46,753 bases of DNA from Desulfonema limicola (GTDB lineage: Bacteria; Desulfobacterota; Desulfobacteria; Desulfobacterales; Desulfosalsimonadaceae), in NCBI GenBank assembly GCA_020722245.1, contig DYLE01000001.1:1-46753 (forward strand), read 5' to 3'. Below are positions 9,129 to 18,600 of the stretch, piece by piece. The notes under the pieces were generated by a model. That model was not told the DNA's origin. It saw nothing but the letters and a program-made list of their open reading frames with translations, and did not search any database. Each line of letters opens with the position of its first letter. Within the stretch, counting starts at the first letter, position 1. A program made the position numbers and the translations under genes.

Positions 9129-11165
9129 TCAAATTTTCTGCAAAACCATGGCGGTTCGTGTGGGAAGGTAGAGGCTGAGCATCTGCCGGGACGCGGGGGG
9201 TGTGGATTCGGCAATCGTCCAATGGGTCTGGCCTGCCTCCAGCCGGTTGTGCCCGCCGTAAATCGAGGCGTCGGTGTCCAGGATCATGCGGTAGGCTCCG
9301 GGCGGCGCCTCGAACCGGTAATCGGTAAATGATCGGGTGGGGTGAAAGTTAAACGCAAACATCAGGCCTGCCCGCATAAAGATGATCACCTTGTCGGCAT
9401 CATGTTCGTAGATCAAATGGGGGCTTTTGGCCTTAAACAGGCTAAATTCCTGAGCCAGACGGATCATGTCCCGGTCAAAACAGGCAAGCTGCCGGTATTT
9501 CAGATCGGGCGCATCCACCAGATGCCATTGCCGGCGGGCGTATTTAAAGCTCCAGTTGTTCTGCTGCCTCGGAAAGTCGATCCATTCCGGATGCCCGAAT
9601 TCGTTGCCCATAAAATTTAAGTACCCGTCCCCGGCCGTGGCCAGGGTGATCAGCCGGATCAGCTTGTGCAGCGCCACGCCGCGGTCAACCCGAAGGTCCG
9701 GATCATCGATGCGCATGTGATCAAACATGTTCTGCCCGATCAGCCGGAATATCAGGGTCTGGTCTCCGACCAGGGCCTGGTCGTGGGATTCCGCGTAGCT
9801 GATGGTTTTTTCATCGGCCCGGCGGTTGTTGAGCTCAAACCACAGCTGACCCATCGGCCAGTTTTCGTCCGGCGTATCTTTGACCAGTTTGATCCAGTAA
9901 TCCGGAACCCCCATGGCGAACCGGTAGTCAAAGCCGAACCCGCCGTCGTCAATGGGGGCGGCCAGTCCCGGCATGCCGCTGATATCCTCGGCGATCGAAA
10001 TGGCGTCGGGTTTCACCTGATGAATGACGGTGTTGGCAAGCGCCAGGTAGACCAGCGCATCCTCGTCCACGTTGGCATTAAAATAATCCTCGTAAGAAGT
10101 AAACACCTTTTCAAGCCCGTGATCCAGGTAGAGCATGCTGGTGACCCCGTCAAACCGGAAGCCGTCCACATGGTATTCATCCAGCCAGAACCGGCAGTTG
10201 GAAAGCAGAAAATGAAGCACCTGGATTTTGCCGTAGTCAAAGCACCGGCTGTCCCATGCCGTATGCCGGCCCCGTGGCCCGTCATGAAAATACTGGTAGG
10301 GGGTTCCGTCGAACCGGCTGAGCCCCTCCACCTCGTTGCTTACGGAATGCGAGTGAACGATGTCCATGATAACAAGCAGACCGGCTTCATGCGCTGCATC
10401 GATGAGCGCTTTGAAGTCATCCGGCGTGCCGAACCGGGAGGAAGCGGCAAAAAAGCTGGAAACATGGTAGCCGAAGGACCCATAATAGGGGTGCTCCGGA
10501 ATGGCCATGAGCTGAACTATGTTATACCCGGCCTCGATGATCCGCGGCAGGATGTTTTTTTGAAATTCGATGTAGCTCCCGATCCCCTCATACTCCTGGG
10601 CCATGCCTATATGCGCCTCGTAGATGAACAGCCCGTTGGAAGGGGGCGGGGGGGATGTGCAACGCCAAATATAAGGGATAGCGGGGGCCCAGACCTGGGC
10701 GTTGAAGATCAGGGTGGTCGGGTCCTGCACCACCCGCCGGGCATAAGCCGGGATCCGGTCGCCCTGGCCGCCGGGCCAGTGGACCCGCAGCCGGTATAGA
10801 TCCTGGTGCTTGAGGGCCGAACGGGGAAGGGCAATCTCCCACACACCTTCAGTATCGGATCGCGTCAACCGGTACTCCGGCAGTTCACGCCAATCGGTGG
10901 CTTGACCGATCAAATAGACGGCATCGGCGTTGGGCGCCCATTCCCGAAATACCCATTCACGACCGGTATCATGCAGTCCGAAAAATTCATGCCCGGCGCT
11001 AAAATCAGCCAGCGTGGTTTTCCCGCCGGTCAGCCGGTGCTCGGTTTCGGCGATCGCATAAAGACGGCGTTTGAGGTGGGCTTCGTAGGGCTTGAGCAGC
11101 GGATCCCGAAGCAGCAGCCGGGCGATTCGACGCGAAACAGGATGATTGTCGAAGGGATTTTCCAT
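9129..11165 (-). CDS. glgB: 1,4-alpha-glucan branching enzyme, eukaryote-type (GH13 subfamily 8-like)
   Basis: All four GH13 regions are in the eukaryotic-BE form: DIVHSHSVSN, GFRFDGVTSMLY, IAEDISGMPG, YAESHDQALVGD. Confidence 0.92.
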   Translation of the reverse strand: MENPFDNHPVSRRIARLLLRDPLLKPYEAHLKRRLYAIAETEHRLTGGKTTLADFSAGHEFFGLHDTGREWVFREWAPNADAVYLIGQATDWRELPEYRLTRSDTEGVWEIALPRSALKHQDLYRLRVHWPGGQGDRIPAYARRVVQDPTTLIFNAQVWAPAIPYIWRCTSPPPPSNGLFIYEAHIGMAQEYEGIGSYIEFQKNILPRIIEAGYNIVQLMAIPEHPYYGSFGYHVSSFFAASSRFGTPDDFKALIDAAHEAGLLVIMDIVHSHSVSNEVEGLSRFDGTPYQYFHDGPRGRHTAWDSRCFDYGKIQVLHFLLSNCRFWLDEYHVDGFRFDGVTSMLYLDHGLEKVFTSYEDYFNANVDEDALVYLALANTVIHQVKPDAISIAEDISGMPGLAAPIDDGGFGFDYRFAMGVPDYWIKLVKDTPDENWPMGQLWFELNNRRADEKTISYAESHDQALVGDQTLIFRLIGQNMFDHMRIDDPDLRVDRGVALHKLIRLITLATAGDGYLNFMGNEFGHPEWIDFPRQQNNWSFKYARRQWHLVDAPDLKYRQLACFDRDMIRLAQEFSLFKAKSPHLIYEHDADKVIIFMRAGLMFAFNFHPTRSFTDYRFEAPPGAYRMILDTDASIYGGHNRLEAGQTHWTIAESTPPASRQMLSLYLPTRTAMVLQKI

Positions 11166-11195
11166 TCTTTTAAAAACAGTGTATGGAGGCGGGTC

Positions 11196-12707
11196 TCAGG
11201 TGATGAGCGGCCGTTTCAGCATCCGTTCATAAAGTTCGATGTACTGACGGGCGGTCACGTCATGTTTGAATGTATTGGCCGCATGGCGCATGATTCGCCG
11301 GATGTGTTTTTCCCGCAGCTTCAAGGGAAGATTGAAAAACCGCATCGCCTCTCCTATCGCCCAGAAAAGGCCGCCGGAATCAAAGGTTTCGAACAAAAAA
11401 CCGTTTCCAACACCTTTGCCGATATCTAAGGGGATGGTGGTGTCATGGATGCCGCCGGTATCCCGGGCCACCGGAAGGGATCCGTAAATGGGGGCGATCA
11501 TCTGGGGGAGGCCGCAGGGTTCAAACAAAGACGGCATCAGGATAAAGTCGGAGGCCGCATACGCCAGACGGGAGAGGTTTTCGTCGAAATCGCAGACCGC
11601 CACCCGGCGGTGCAGCCCATGAAACGCGACGATGTCGTGAAAATGTTGTTTAAAGACCCCGTTTGCGACGAAAACAATTTGCAGGTTTTTCTCCCAGTAG
11701 GTATGAACCACATGGTAAAGGATTTCGGCCATGAGCTGGCAACCCTTCTGAACATCGTCCACACGGGAGGGCCAGAAGAAGATCGGCGCGTGATCATCTT
11801 CAATCAGGCCCAGGGTTTTTTGAAGGTGGCGTTTATTTTCCAGTTTTCCGGCAATGACATCTTTATGACTGTAGCGGCGGACCAGTGCGGTGTCAATGGC
11901 CGGGTTAAAGCTGGGATCCGGCGCGTTCAGGATACCGACCGCGCAGTCCGCATAATATTTATTGGTCAGCTCCCGGCGAAGATGGGGGGGGATAATATCA
12001 AAGTAGCCGTTGACGATTTCCTTCAAAAAGGTCGGGCTTACGGTATTCACGAAGTGGGCCGCAAACACGCCGCTGCATAAAAAATCCACCGGATTGGTTT
12101 CCCGGGTGGATTCATATTCCACCGCCATGTTTTCATAGTAGAGATGGTCCCAGAAATAGGCTGCGTCGATTCCCCGGTCCTCGATCTGGGCCAGGGTGGT
12201 TTTGACCGTATGAATGTTATGAAGGGTGAACAGACAGGGGATCTCCATGCGCCGGGCCATGGCCGGTAGCAGCGCGGTCATCCAGTCATTACAGTGGATC
12301 AGGTCCGGTTTGACCTGGGGAACAATATGGTTCATGACCTCCCGCTGAAACGCAAGGGAGATGTGCAGGTTTTCCATGCCGTAATTGGAGTAGACATTGC
12401 GCAGATAGAAAAAGGCCCGGTCTTCGGCCAGGTGGATCCGCTCATCCGGCATATGCTCCCGGATCATCTGTTGCTGCTCCCGGAGCAGCGGGTCCATTCG
12501 GGTGTCAAACATAAATCGGTAATCCGGAATGGCCACATGGACATCCGCGCCCTGGCTGAAGAGCTCGTTGATCAGGGCCGCGGAGACATCCGCAAGCCCG
12601 CCGGCCTTGGCGGTCACCTGGTCGGCCTGGCTCCCCATCCCCACCGGCAGATAGGTGGTTTCCGGGGTGACAATCAGAATGCGCGGGTTTTTTTTGACAA
12701 CATCCAT
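11196..12707 (-). CDS. glgA: Glycogen/starch synthase (GT5)
   Basis: Contains the KAGGLADV motif near the N-terminus and the C-terminal MPSLFEPCGLPQM...TGGIHDT motif. Confidence 0.9.
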   Translation of the reverse strand: MDVVKKNPRILIVTPETTYLPVGMGSQADQVTAKAGGLADVSAALINELFSQGADVHVAIPDYRFMFDTRMDPLLREQQQMIREHMPDERIHLAEDRAFFYLRNVYSNYGMENLHISLAFQREVMNHIVPQVKPDLIHCNDWMTALLPAMARRMEIPCLFTLHNIHTVKTTLAQIEDRGIDAAYFWDHLYYENMAVEYESTRETNPVDFLCSGVFAAHFVNTVSPTFLKEIVNGYFDIIPPHLRRELTNKYYADCAVGILNAPDPSFNPAIDTALVRRYSHKDVIAGKLENKRHLQKTLGLIEDDHAPIFFWPSRVDDVQKGCQLMAEILYHVVHTYWEKNLQIVFVANGVFKQHFHDIVAFHGLHRRVAVCDFDENLSRLAYAASDFILMPSLFEPCGLPQMIAPIYGSLPVARDTGGIHDTTIPLDIGKGVGNGFLFETFDSGGLFWAIGEAMRFFNLPLKLREKHIRRIMRHAANTFKHDVTARQYIELYERMLKRPLIT

Positions 12708-12748
12708 GAAGATTTCCGGTTAAGGCTTATCGATGGTTCTGAGAGGCC

Positions 12749-15301
12749 TTAGGACCAGGTGATCAGGCCGGGCGTAAATTTCAGAAAGTCGTCGCCGACC
12801 GGGACTACCCGGGCGGTCATGCCGTAGCGGCCCGAGACCTGGCAGGTGAACATGCACTCATAGAGATACTCCCCGTTTCCCTGGTCTTTAGCGACATTCA
12901 TTTTTTCAACCTCAATGGTTTCAAGGTGCTCCACGGATTTCATTTTTCCATAGCAGAGATCCACCTCCACCTCTTCCGGCTTTATATTCCCCAGGAAGAC
13001 CGAGACAGTGACCTGAAACCGGTCCCCGACCCGGAAGGGGCCGTCCATGCTTCGGCTCGGATGAGCGATTTTGATGGTTTTCCATTCGTTGGTCAGTCGT
13101 TTACGCAGGTTCATCAGCCGCTGGGCTTCCTGGGCGCGGTTGTTGAGCAGTTCATCGTACCTGCGGGAGGCCGGCACATACGCGGAACGAGAGTAACGCA
13201 TGACCATCTGATGGGTGCAGAACTGGCGCAACGCCATTTTCATGGAGGACTTCATCATCTTGACCCATTTTTCGGGCATATCCCCATCCCTCTGGTCGTA
13301 AAAACAGGGGATCACCTCGTTCTCAAGGACATTATACAAGGCCTGGCTCTCAATCGCGTCCTGGTATTCAAAGTCGGTATATTCCTCACCGTTTCCGATC
13401 CGCCATCCGGTTTCCGGGGAATATCCCTCGCACCACCATCCGTCCAGGATGCCGACATTGAGCACGCCGTTGGCCGCAGCCTTCATGCCGGAGGTGCCGC
13501 AGGCCTCAAGCGGGCGCCGGGGGGTGTTCAGCCAGACATCGCACCCCTGAACCAGGTGCCTGGCGAGATACGGATCATAGTCCTCAATAAATATAAATCG
13601 ATGGCGGATTTTTTCGCGGCGGGCGAATTCGATCAACCGGCGGATCATCTCCTTGCCGTCATTGTCCTTTGGATGGGCTTTTCCGGCAACGATGATCTGG
13701 ACCGGGAAATCCTTGGAGGTCAGAATCGCCTCCAGGCGTTCCGGATCCCGAAACATCAGATGCGCCCGTTTATAGGTGGCAAAGCGACGGGCGAAACCGA
13801 TGGTGAGGGCCTCGTGATCCAGCACCGTTCCGGCGGTTTCAATGATCGACTTGGGGGCGTTCCGGCGTTTGTATTGTTGAATCATCATGTTGCGGCAGGC
13901 GCGGATGAGCCGCGCCCGGCACATCTCATGCGCCCGCCAGAGTTCTTCGTCGTAGATATCATCAATCCGGTCGATCATGTCGTCCGTGAGTTGGGCGTTC
14001 AATCGCCATTCCGGGCCGAGGTACCGATCGAACAGGGTGGAATTTTCAATGGAAATCCACGAGGGGATATGAACCCCGTTGGTGATATGCTTGATGGGAA
14101 CCTCGTTTTCAGGATGCCCGGGCCAGATCCCCGCCCACATCCGCCGGGCCACCTGGCCGTGCAGTTCGCTGACGCCATTGCAGTACTGGGCCATGCGCAG
14201 GCCCAGCACGAACATGGAAAAGGGACTGCCGTTTCCGTTTTTTTTAAGCTGCCCCCATGAAACGATTTCATTGACCGAGGTCTGAAAATCCTTTTCAAAG
14301 GGCTTAAGATAGGGGATCACCTGGTCGACGGGGAACTCATCATGCCCGGCCGCAACCGGGGTGTGGGTCGTAAACACCGTGGTTCGGGGGATGACCTCCC
14401 TTGCGGTTGGTAGATCAATCTGATGCCTGCGCATGATCTGGGCGAGCCGCTCAATCCCGACAAAGGAACAGTGGCCTTCATTTAAATGGCAGACCGTGGG
14501 ATAAATTCCCATGGCTTCAAGCGCCCGCATACCGCCGATGCCCAAAAGGACCTCCTGGGCCAGCCTGACCCTGTAATCCGCGGTGTATAACCTTGAGGTG
14601 ATTTTGCGTTTTTCAGGGGAGTTTTCCCTCAGATCGGTGTCGAGCAGATACAGGGGGATCCTGCCGACCATCACCTTAAGCACCTGGGCATGGATGTCGC
14701 CGTCAAACCCGCCGACCCTGATGTAGAGGTCTTTTCCGTTGACGTCCAGCGCCCGTTGAAGGGGTAACTGATACAGGTCGGTTTCGGGGTATTCTTCCTG
14801 CTGCCATCCGTTCTGGTCCAGGTATTGATGAAAATACCCGTTTCGATACAGCAGCCCCACGGCGACAAGGGGTTCCCCCAGGTCGGACGCGGCCTTGAGG
14901 TGATCGCCGGCCAACATGCCCAGGCCCCCCGCAAACAGGGGCAGGCTTTCATGGATGCCGTATTCCATGGAAAAATAGGCGACGGTTCCATTCACCTGGT
15001 CCGCGGGGTCGAGCGGCTTCGGCGGGGTTAGAACCTGACTTTCAAAAGCCGCTTTTACCCTCTGAAAATGCAGGGCAAAACTTTCGTCTTTGGAGATCGC
15101 CTCCAGCTGCTCCTGGGGGATCATGGAAAAAAATTGAATCGGGTTTCTCCCGGATTTGCTCCAGAGCTTGGGGTCGATCCGGCGCAACAGCTCAATGGCG
15201 TCCAGGTTCCATGTCCACCAGAGGTTTCTCACCATTTTTTCCGCAAAAGCAAGGTGCTCGGGAATTTTCGGATATACCTGAAACAGCTGAATATGGCTCA
15301 T
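12749..15301 (-). CDS. glgP: Alpha-glucan (glycogen/maltodextrin) phosphorylase, GT35
   Basis: 850 aa with the PLP-lysine motif EACGTSGMKAAANG. The N-terminal part is typical of the bacterial alpha-glucan phosphorylase subfamily. Confidence 0.92.
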   Translation of the reverse strand: MSHIQLFQVYPKIPEHLAFAEKMVRNLWWTWNLDAIELLRRIDPKLWSKSGRNPIQFFSMIPQEQLEAISKDESFALHFQRVKAAFESQVLTPPKPLDPADQVNGTVAYFSMEYGIHESLPLFAGGLGMLAGDHLKAASDLGEPLVAVGLLYRNGYFHQYLDQNGWQQEEYPETDLYQLPLQRALDVNGKDLYIRVGGFDGDIHAQVLKVMVGRIPLYLLDTDLRENSPEKRKITSRLYTADYRVRLAQEVLLGIGGMRALEAMGIYPTVCHLNEGHCSFVGIERLAQIMRRHQIDLPTAREVIPRTTVFTTHTPVAAGHDEFPVDQVIPYLKPFEKDFQTSVNEIVSWGQLKKNGNGSPFSMFVLGLRMAQYCNGVSELHGQVARRMWAGIWPGHPENEVPIKHITNGVHIPSWISIENSTLFDRYLGPEWRLNAQLTDDMIDRIDDIYDEELWRAHEMCRARLIRACRNMMIQQYKRRNAPKSIIETAGTVLDHEALTIGFARRFATYKRAHLMFRDPERLEAILTSKDFPVQIIVAGKAHPKDNDGKEMIRRLIEFARREKIRHRFIFIEDYDPYLARHLVQGCDVWLNTPRRPLEACGTSGMKAAANGVLNVGILDGWWCEGYSPETGWRIGNGEEYTDFEYQDAIESQALYNVLENEVIPCFYDQRDGDMPEKWVKMMKSSMKMALRQFCTHQMVMRYSRSAYVPASRRYDELLNNRAQEAQRLMNLRKRLTNEWKTIKIAHPSRSMDGPFRVGDRFQVTVSVFLGNIKPEEVEVDLCYGKMKSVEHLETIEVEKMNVAKDQGNGEYLYECMFTCQVSGRYGMTARVVPVGDDFLKFTPGLITWS

Positions 15302-15313
15302 AGTTTACCCCTT

Positions 15314-15622
15314 CTATACGATGATGACCGAGTTGTCCGTGCCGGGAAATCCGCTGTGTACATACTTATCCGCCATCGGGTCATTGATCCAGGTCTGCTC
15401 GTCGATGAAATACCGAAAGGCGTATTCATGGCCAACGGCAAAGTCAAGGGTTAGAGCAAAGGATCCGTTTTTCTGTTTTTTCATGGGGGTCTCTTTTTGA
15501 TGCCAGTTGTTGAACTCTCCCACCAGGTGAACGGTTTGCGCATCCGGCGCCTCCTCTTTGGAGAGTTTGAAGGTCACCCTGCAAATCCCTTTGGTTTTAA
15601 GGTATTTCTTTTGAATACTCAT
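15314..15622 (-). CDS. Stand-alone CBM48 / AMPK-beta-like glycogen-binding module (102 aa)
   Basis: VTFKLSKEEAPDAQTVHLVGEFNNWHQKETPMKK..GSFALTLDFAVGHEYAFRYFIDEQTWINDP matches the early-set/CBM48 pattern (G.FN.W....M......W........G.Y.YKF.VDG). Confidence 0.8.
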   Translation of the reverse strand: MSIQKKYLKTKGICRVTFKLSKEEAPDAQTVHLVGEFNNWHQKETPMKKQKNGSFALTLDFAVGHEYAFRYFIDEQTWINDPMADKYVHSGFPGTDNSVIIV

Positions 15623-15670
15623 AACTCCTCCTTTTGATGATGAAAAAATGATTCACCCCGAACCGAATCA

Positions 15671-18600
15671 TTATTTCGTTAAATGTTTCCATACCCTTAT
15701 CCATTCACTGACCCCCCAGGCCTGGGCATCGCATCCGCGCTGGGCATGCGGATAATCGCCGTCCGTGATTTCGGGGATCTGACCGGTGCAGCCGGCGTTC
15801 ATGAGAACGCTGCTGCTCCCCATCCAGGACTGAGCGGTTTTTTTCCCGGGTTCGCCGTATACCCTTGCCCAGGCCTCGCAGAATGAAGGAAAAATCCATG
15901 TCCATGCCGTTCCGTTGTGATAGGCGGGTTTGCGCCGGGAGTCCTCATCCCCCGCATAAACGCCCTGGTAGGGGTGATAGGGATCGTTGCAGAGCGATCC
16001 ATGATGCGTGATCTTCAACGGACGTTTGACGGCCTGATCGGCCAGGCTTCGCAGGGCGCCGGGGACCACCAGGGATTCGCAGCTTCTGACCGCGGCCCGC
16101 ATCATTACCCGGTCGGTCACGGCGCCGAGGGTTATGGCAAACAACTGATTCGGTCGCAGGGCATCATCGATTTCAGCCTTATCGGCGGAGACGCCCGCAG
16201 GCGCGTGCAGGCAATCCGAAAAATAGCCGGCCTCCCGCAGGTAAAACCGTTCCTTGATGCCCCGCTGAAGCTGATCCGCCCGATCCGCCCATTTACATTT
16301 TTTATTCAGACTATCAACCTGCGCCAAAAATTTCAAGGCATAATACCAGAGCGCCTGAATTTCGATGGGATACCCTTCCCGGGGCGTGGCCGCCGGATGA
16401 TTGGTGTCCATCCAGGTGAAATGGGCCGGGCTGAAGACCATGCTGGTGCTTGAATCCACATGAATCCCGTTGGGGGTCCCTTGAAGATAGGACGCGCCGA
16501 TGGAGACCAGAACCTGTTGAATCGTCCGTTTCCCGCAGGTTTGGGTGAGGAAATTTTTCTTGCCGGTATGGCGGATCAGCTCTTTACATGCGACAAAAAA
16601 CCAGAGGGGGGCGTCCGAGGTGTCCCGGTTTGTCGCATCCATGCCGCGGATCATGTTCGGCAGGGTTCCGTTATCTTCGAACTGCGCAAATTTTTTCAGG
16701 ATGGCCTCGGCCTCGGAAACAAACCCGGCCGCGATCAATCCCCGGGCCACGATCAGGGTGTCCCGTCCCCAGTCCAGAAACCAGGGATAGCCGGCGATGA
16801 TGGTTTTCATCTCATTCCGGCGAACGATGTACTGCTTGAGCGCTGAAACCATGGCTTCAAGGGGATCCTGTTGAACGGGGGTAGCGGATCGCGAAACAGC
16901 AGTGAAATGGGTTTTTGGCTCCTCGGTCTGTTGAAAGGTGCCTGTCTCCATGCCGCTTGCGGTTAACCGGACCGTCTCGTTACCCTTCAGAAACGCCGAG
17001 AAGTACCCCGGGCTGAAAAGATCCGTGTACGGATCCAGGCCCCGCTGGGCTTCCGCTTCTAAATAAACCATATACCGCCATTCGGGTTCCCAGACAAACC
17101 CGCCGGAGGAGATGCCCACATCCAGGAGGTGGTCCGAATACGGCTTGAAAATAAAGCCGTTGGGCCGGACGGCGCAGGCGGAGCGCCAGTGGTGCTCGGG
17201 GCCAAGGTAGGCCTTGGTGTTTTCATGGAAATTCCGGTCGTCGATATCCGGCCGGATAATCAGTTGGACGGGTTTCTTGTTTGAAAGCTGGTTTGTCCGG
17301 CCGCTGCTTTTGGCCTTGCGGCTGAAACTCAGGTTGATCCGGTTGCAGCCGGCGATCAGCTGTGCGGTGACCGACATCACGACATGCTGCCCCTGGCCGC
17401 AGGGTATGGAAAACCGCCAGGCGCACCGGGACCCATCTTCAACCCTGAAATCCTCCAGGGAATCGATGGAAATCTCCTGGGAGTACCCCTGAAACACAAT
17501 CCAGGCCCGGCATCGAATCAGCAACATTCGGCGGTCCACCGGAAAATCCGAATGCAGATTGGCGGCAAGAAGCGCATCATACTTGCTTTTCAGCCTCCCC
17601 CAGGCCGCGTGCGCCCGCATCATGGCGCCCCGGCCGTTGGTTCCCAGAAAAAGCAGGGGGTTGTCAAACAGGCTCTCCCTGCGGAATACCCGTTTGACCG
17701 ACACCTGTTCCGGTCGGGATAAATACAGCAGGGGAGCATCCACATGGATAACCTTTTTTTTTCGGTAGATGGTCAATTTCAGCGTGGCGGCCGTGTGATG
17801 ATCGCAAACCGGCTGGGGCATCACCAACGCGCTATGGACCTTGTCGTTGCCCACCAGGCTGAAGGCGACCGCCAGGGTTCGTTCGGAATCGGTTTCCTGG
17901 CGGACTATCCGGGCATGAAACGGCGCATCGATTCTTATCAGCAAAAAATGGTCCGGAGGCAGCAGGGTTTGCCTGCGGGCATCCTGGGGCCAGTTCCAGG
18001 TGATGACCCGCGATTCCTCGGAGCAGGGGTTCATCCTTCTGCAGAATTCCACCGGATCCGCGGCAAGTTCGTCTGCGGCTGCATTCGGATCGAACCCTTC
18101 AAGATCGATCAGGCCGTGGTAAAACCGATGGACATCCAGGGCCAGGGCGCGCAGCGCCTGATGATGAATCTGTTGGGGAAGAGCCGCCTCGCTGATTACA
18201 GGCCCGTGATAGGTCTTCAGGTCTTGCGCGTCCGGCGAAAGGCAGCGCACCTGGCAGGGATTCAGGTCATGGGTTAAGCGTCCGTGGTTTGTGTTGACCG
18301 TGATCGATTCTTCCTGGAGAAGATCTATGTATTGATTTGAAAAAATACCGGTGTCGTTTGAATCCCATTCGGCCGTGGCCGTATGCGTCAAATCCAGATT
18401 GATCAGCACGATCAGCTTTTTGCCGCTGGGAATATGGTGCCGCAGAAGGGTGAGGCAGTTACCGCCTCCTTTTTGAATCAGACGGATCTCCACCTGATCG
18501 AAAAAGGCCGGGTGGGACTTGAGCAGGTGGTTGATCCGTTGAATCCACGGCACCTGATTGATATCGGCGTTCCAGTTTAAGGAACAGGCGTTGTGTACAT

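Noticed and set aside
9666-10799. Long antisense or alternative-frame ORFs inside well-supported genes. Examples: 9666-10799 (+) in glgB, 12926-14260 (+) in glgP, 34666-35508 (+), 38715-39530 (-), 40107-40865 (-), 31423-32307 (+), 36410-37171 (+).
   Set aside because: Their translations are low-complexity and Arg/Gly/Pro/His-rich, with no family resemblance. Each lies opposite a gene with strong motif evidence. These are typical shadow ORFs of GC-rich coding DNA.
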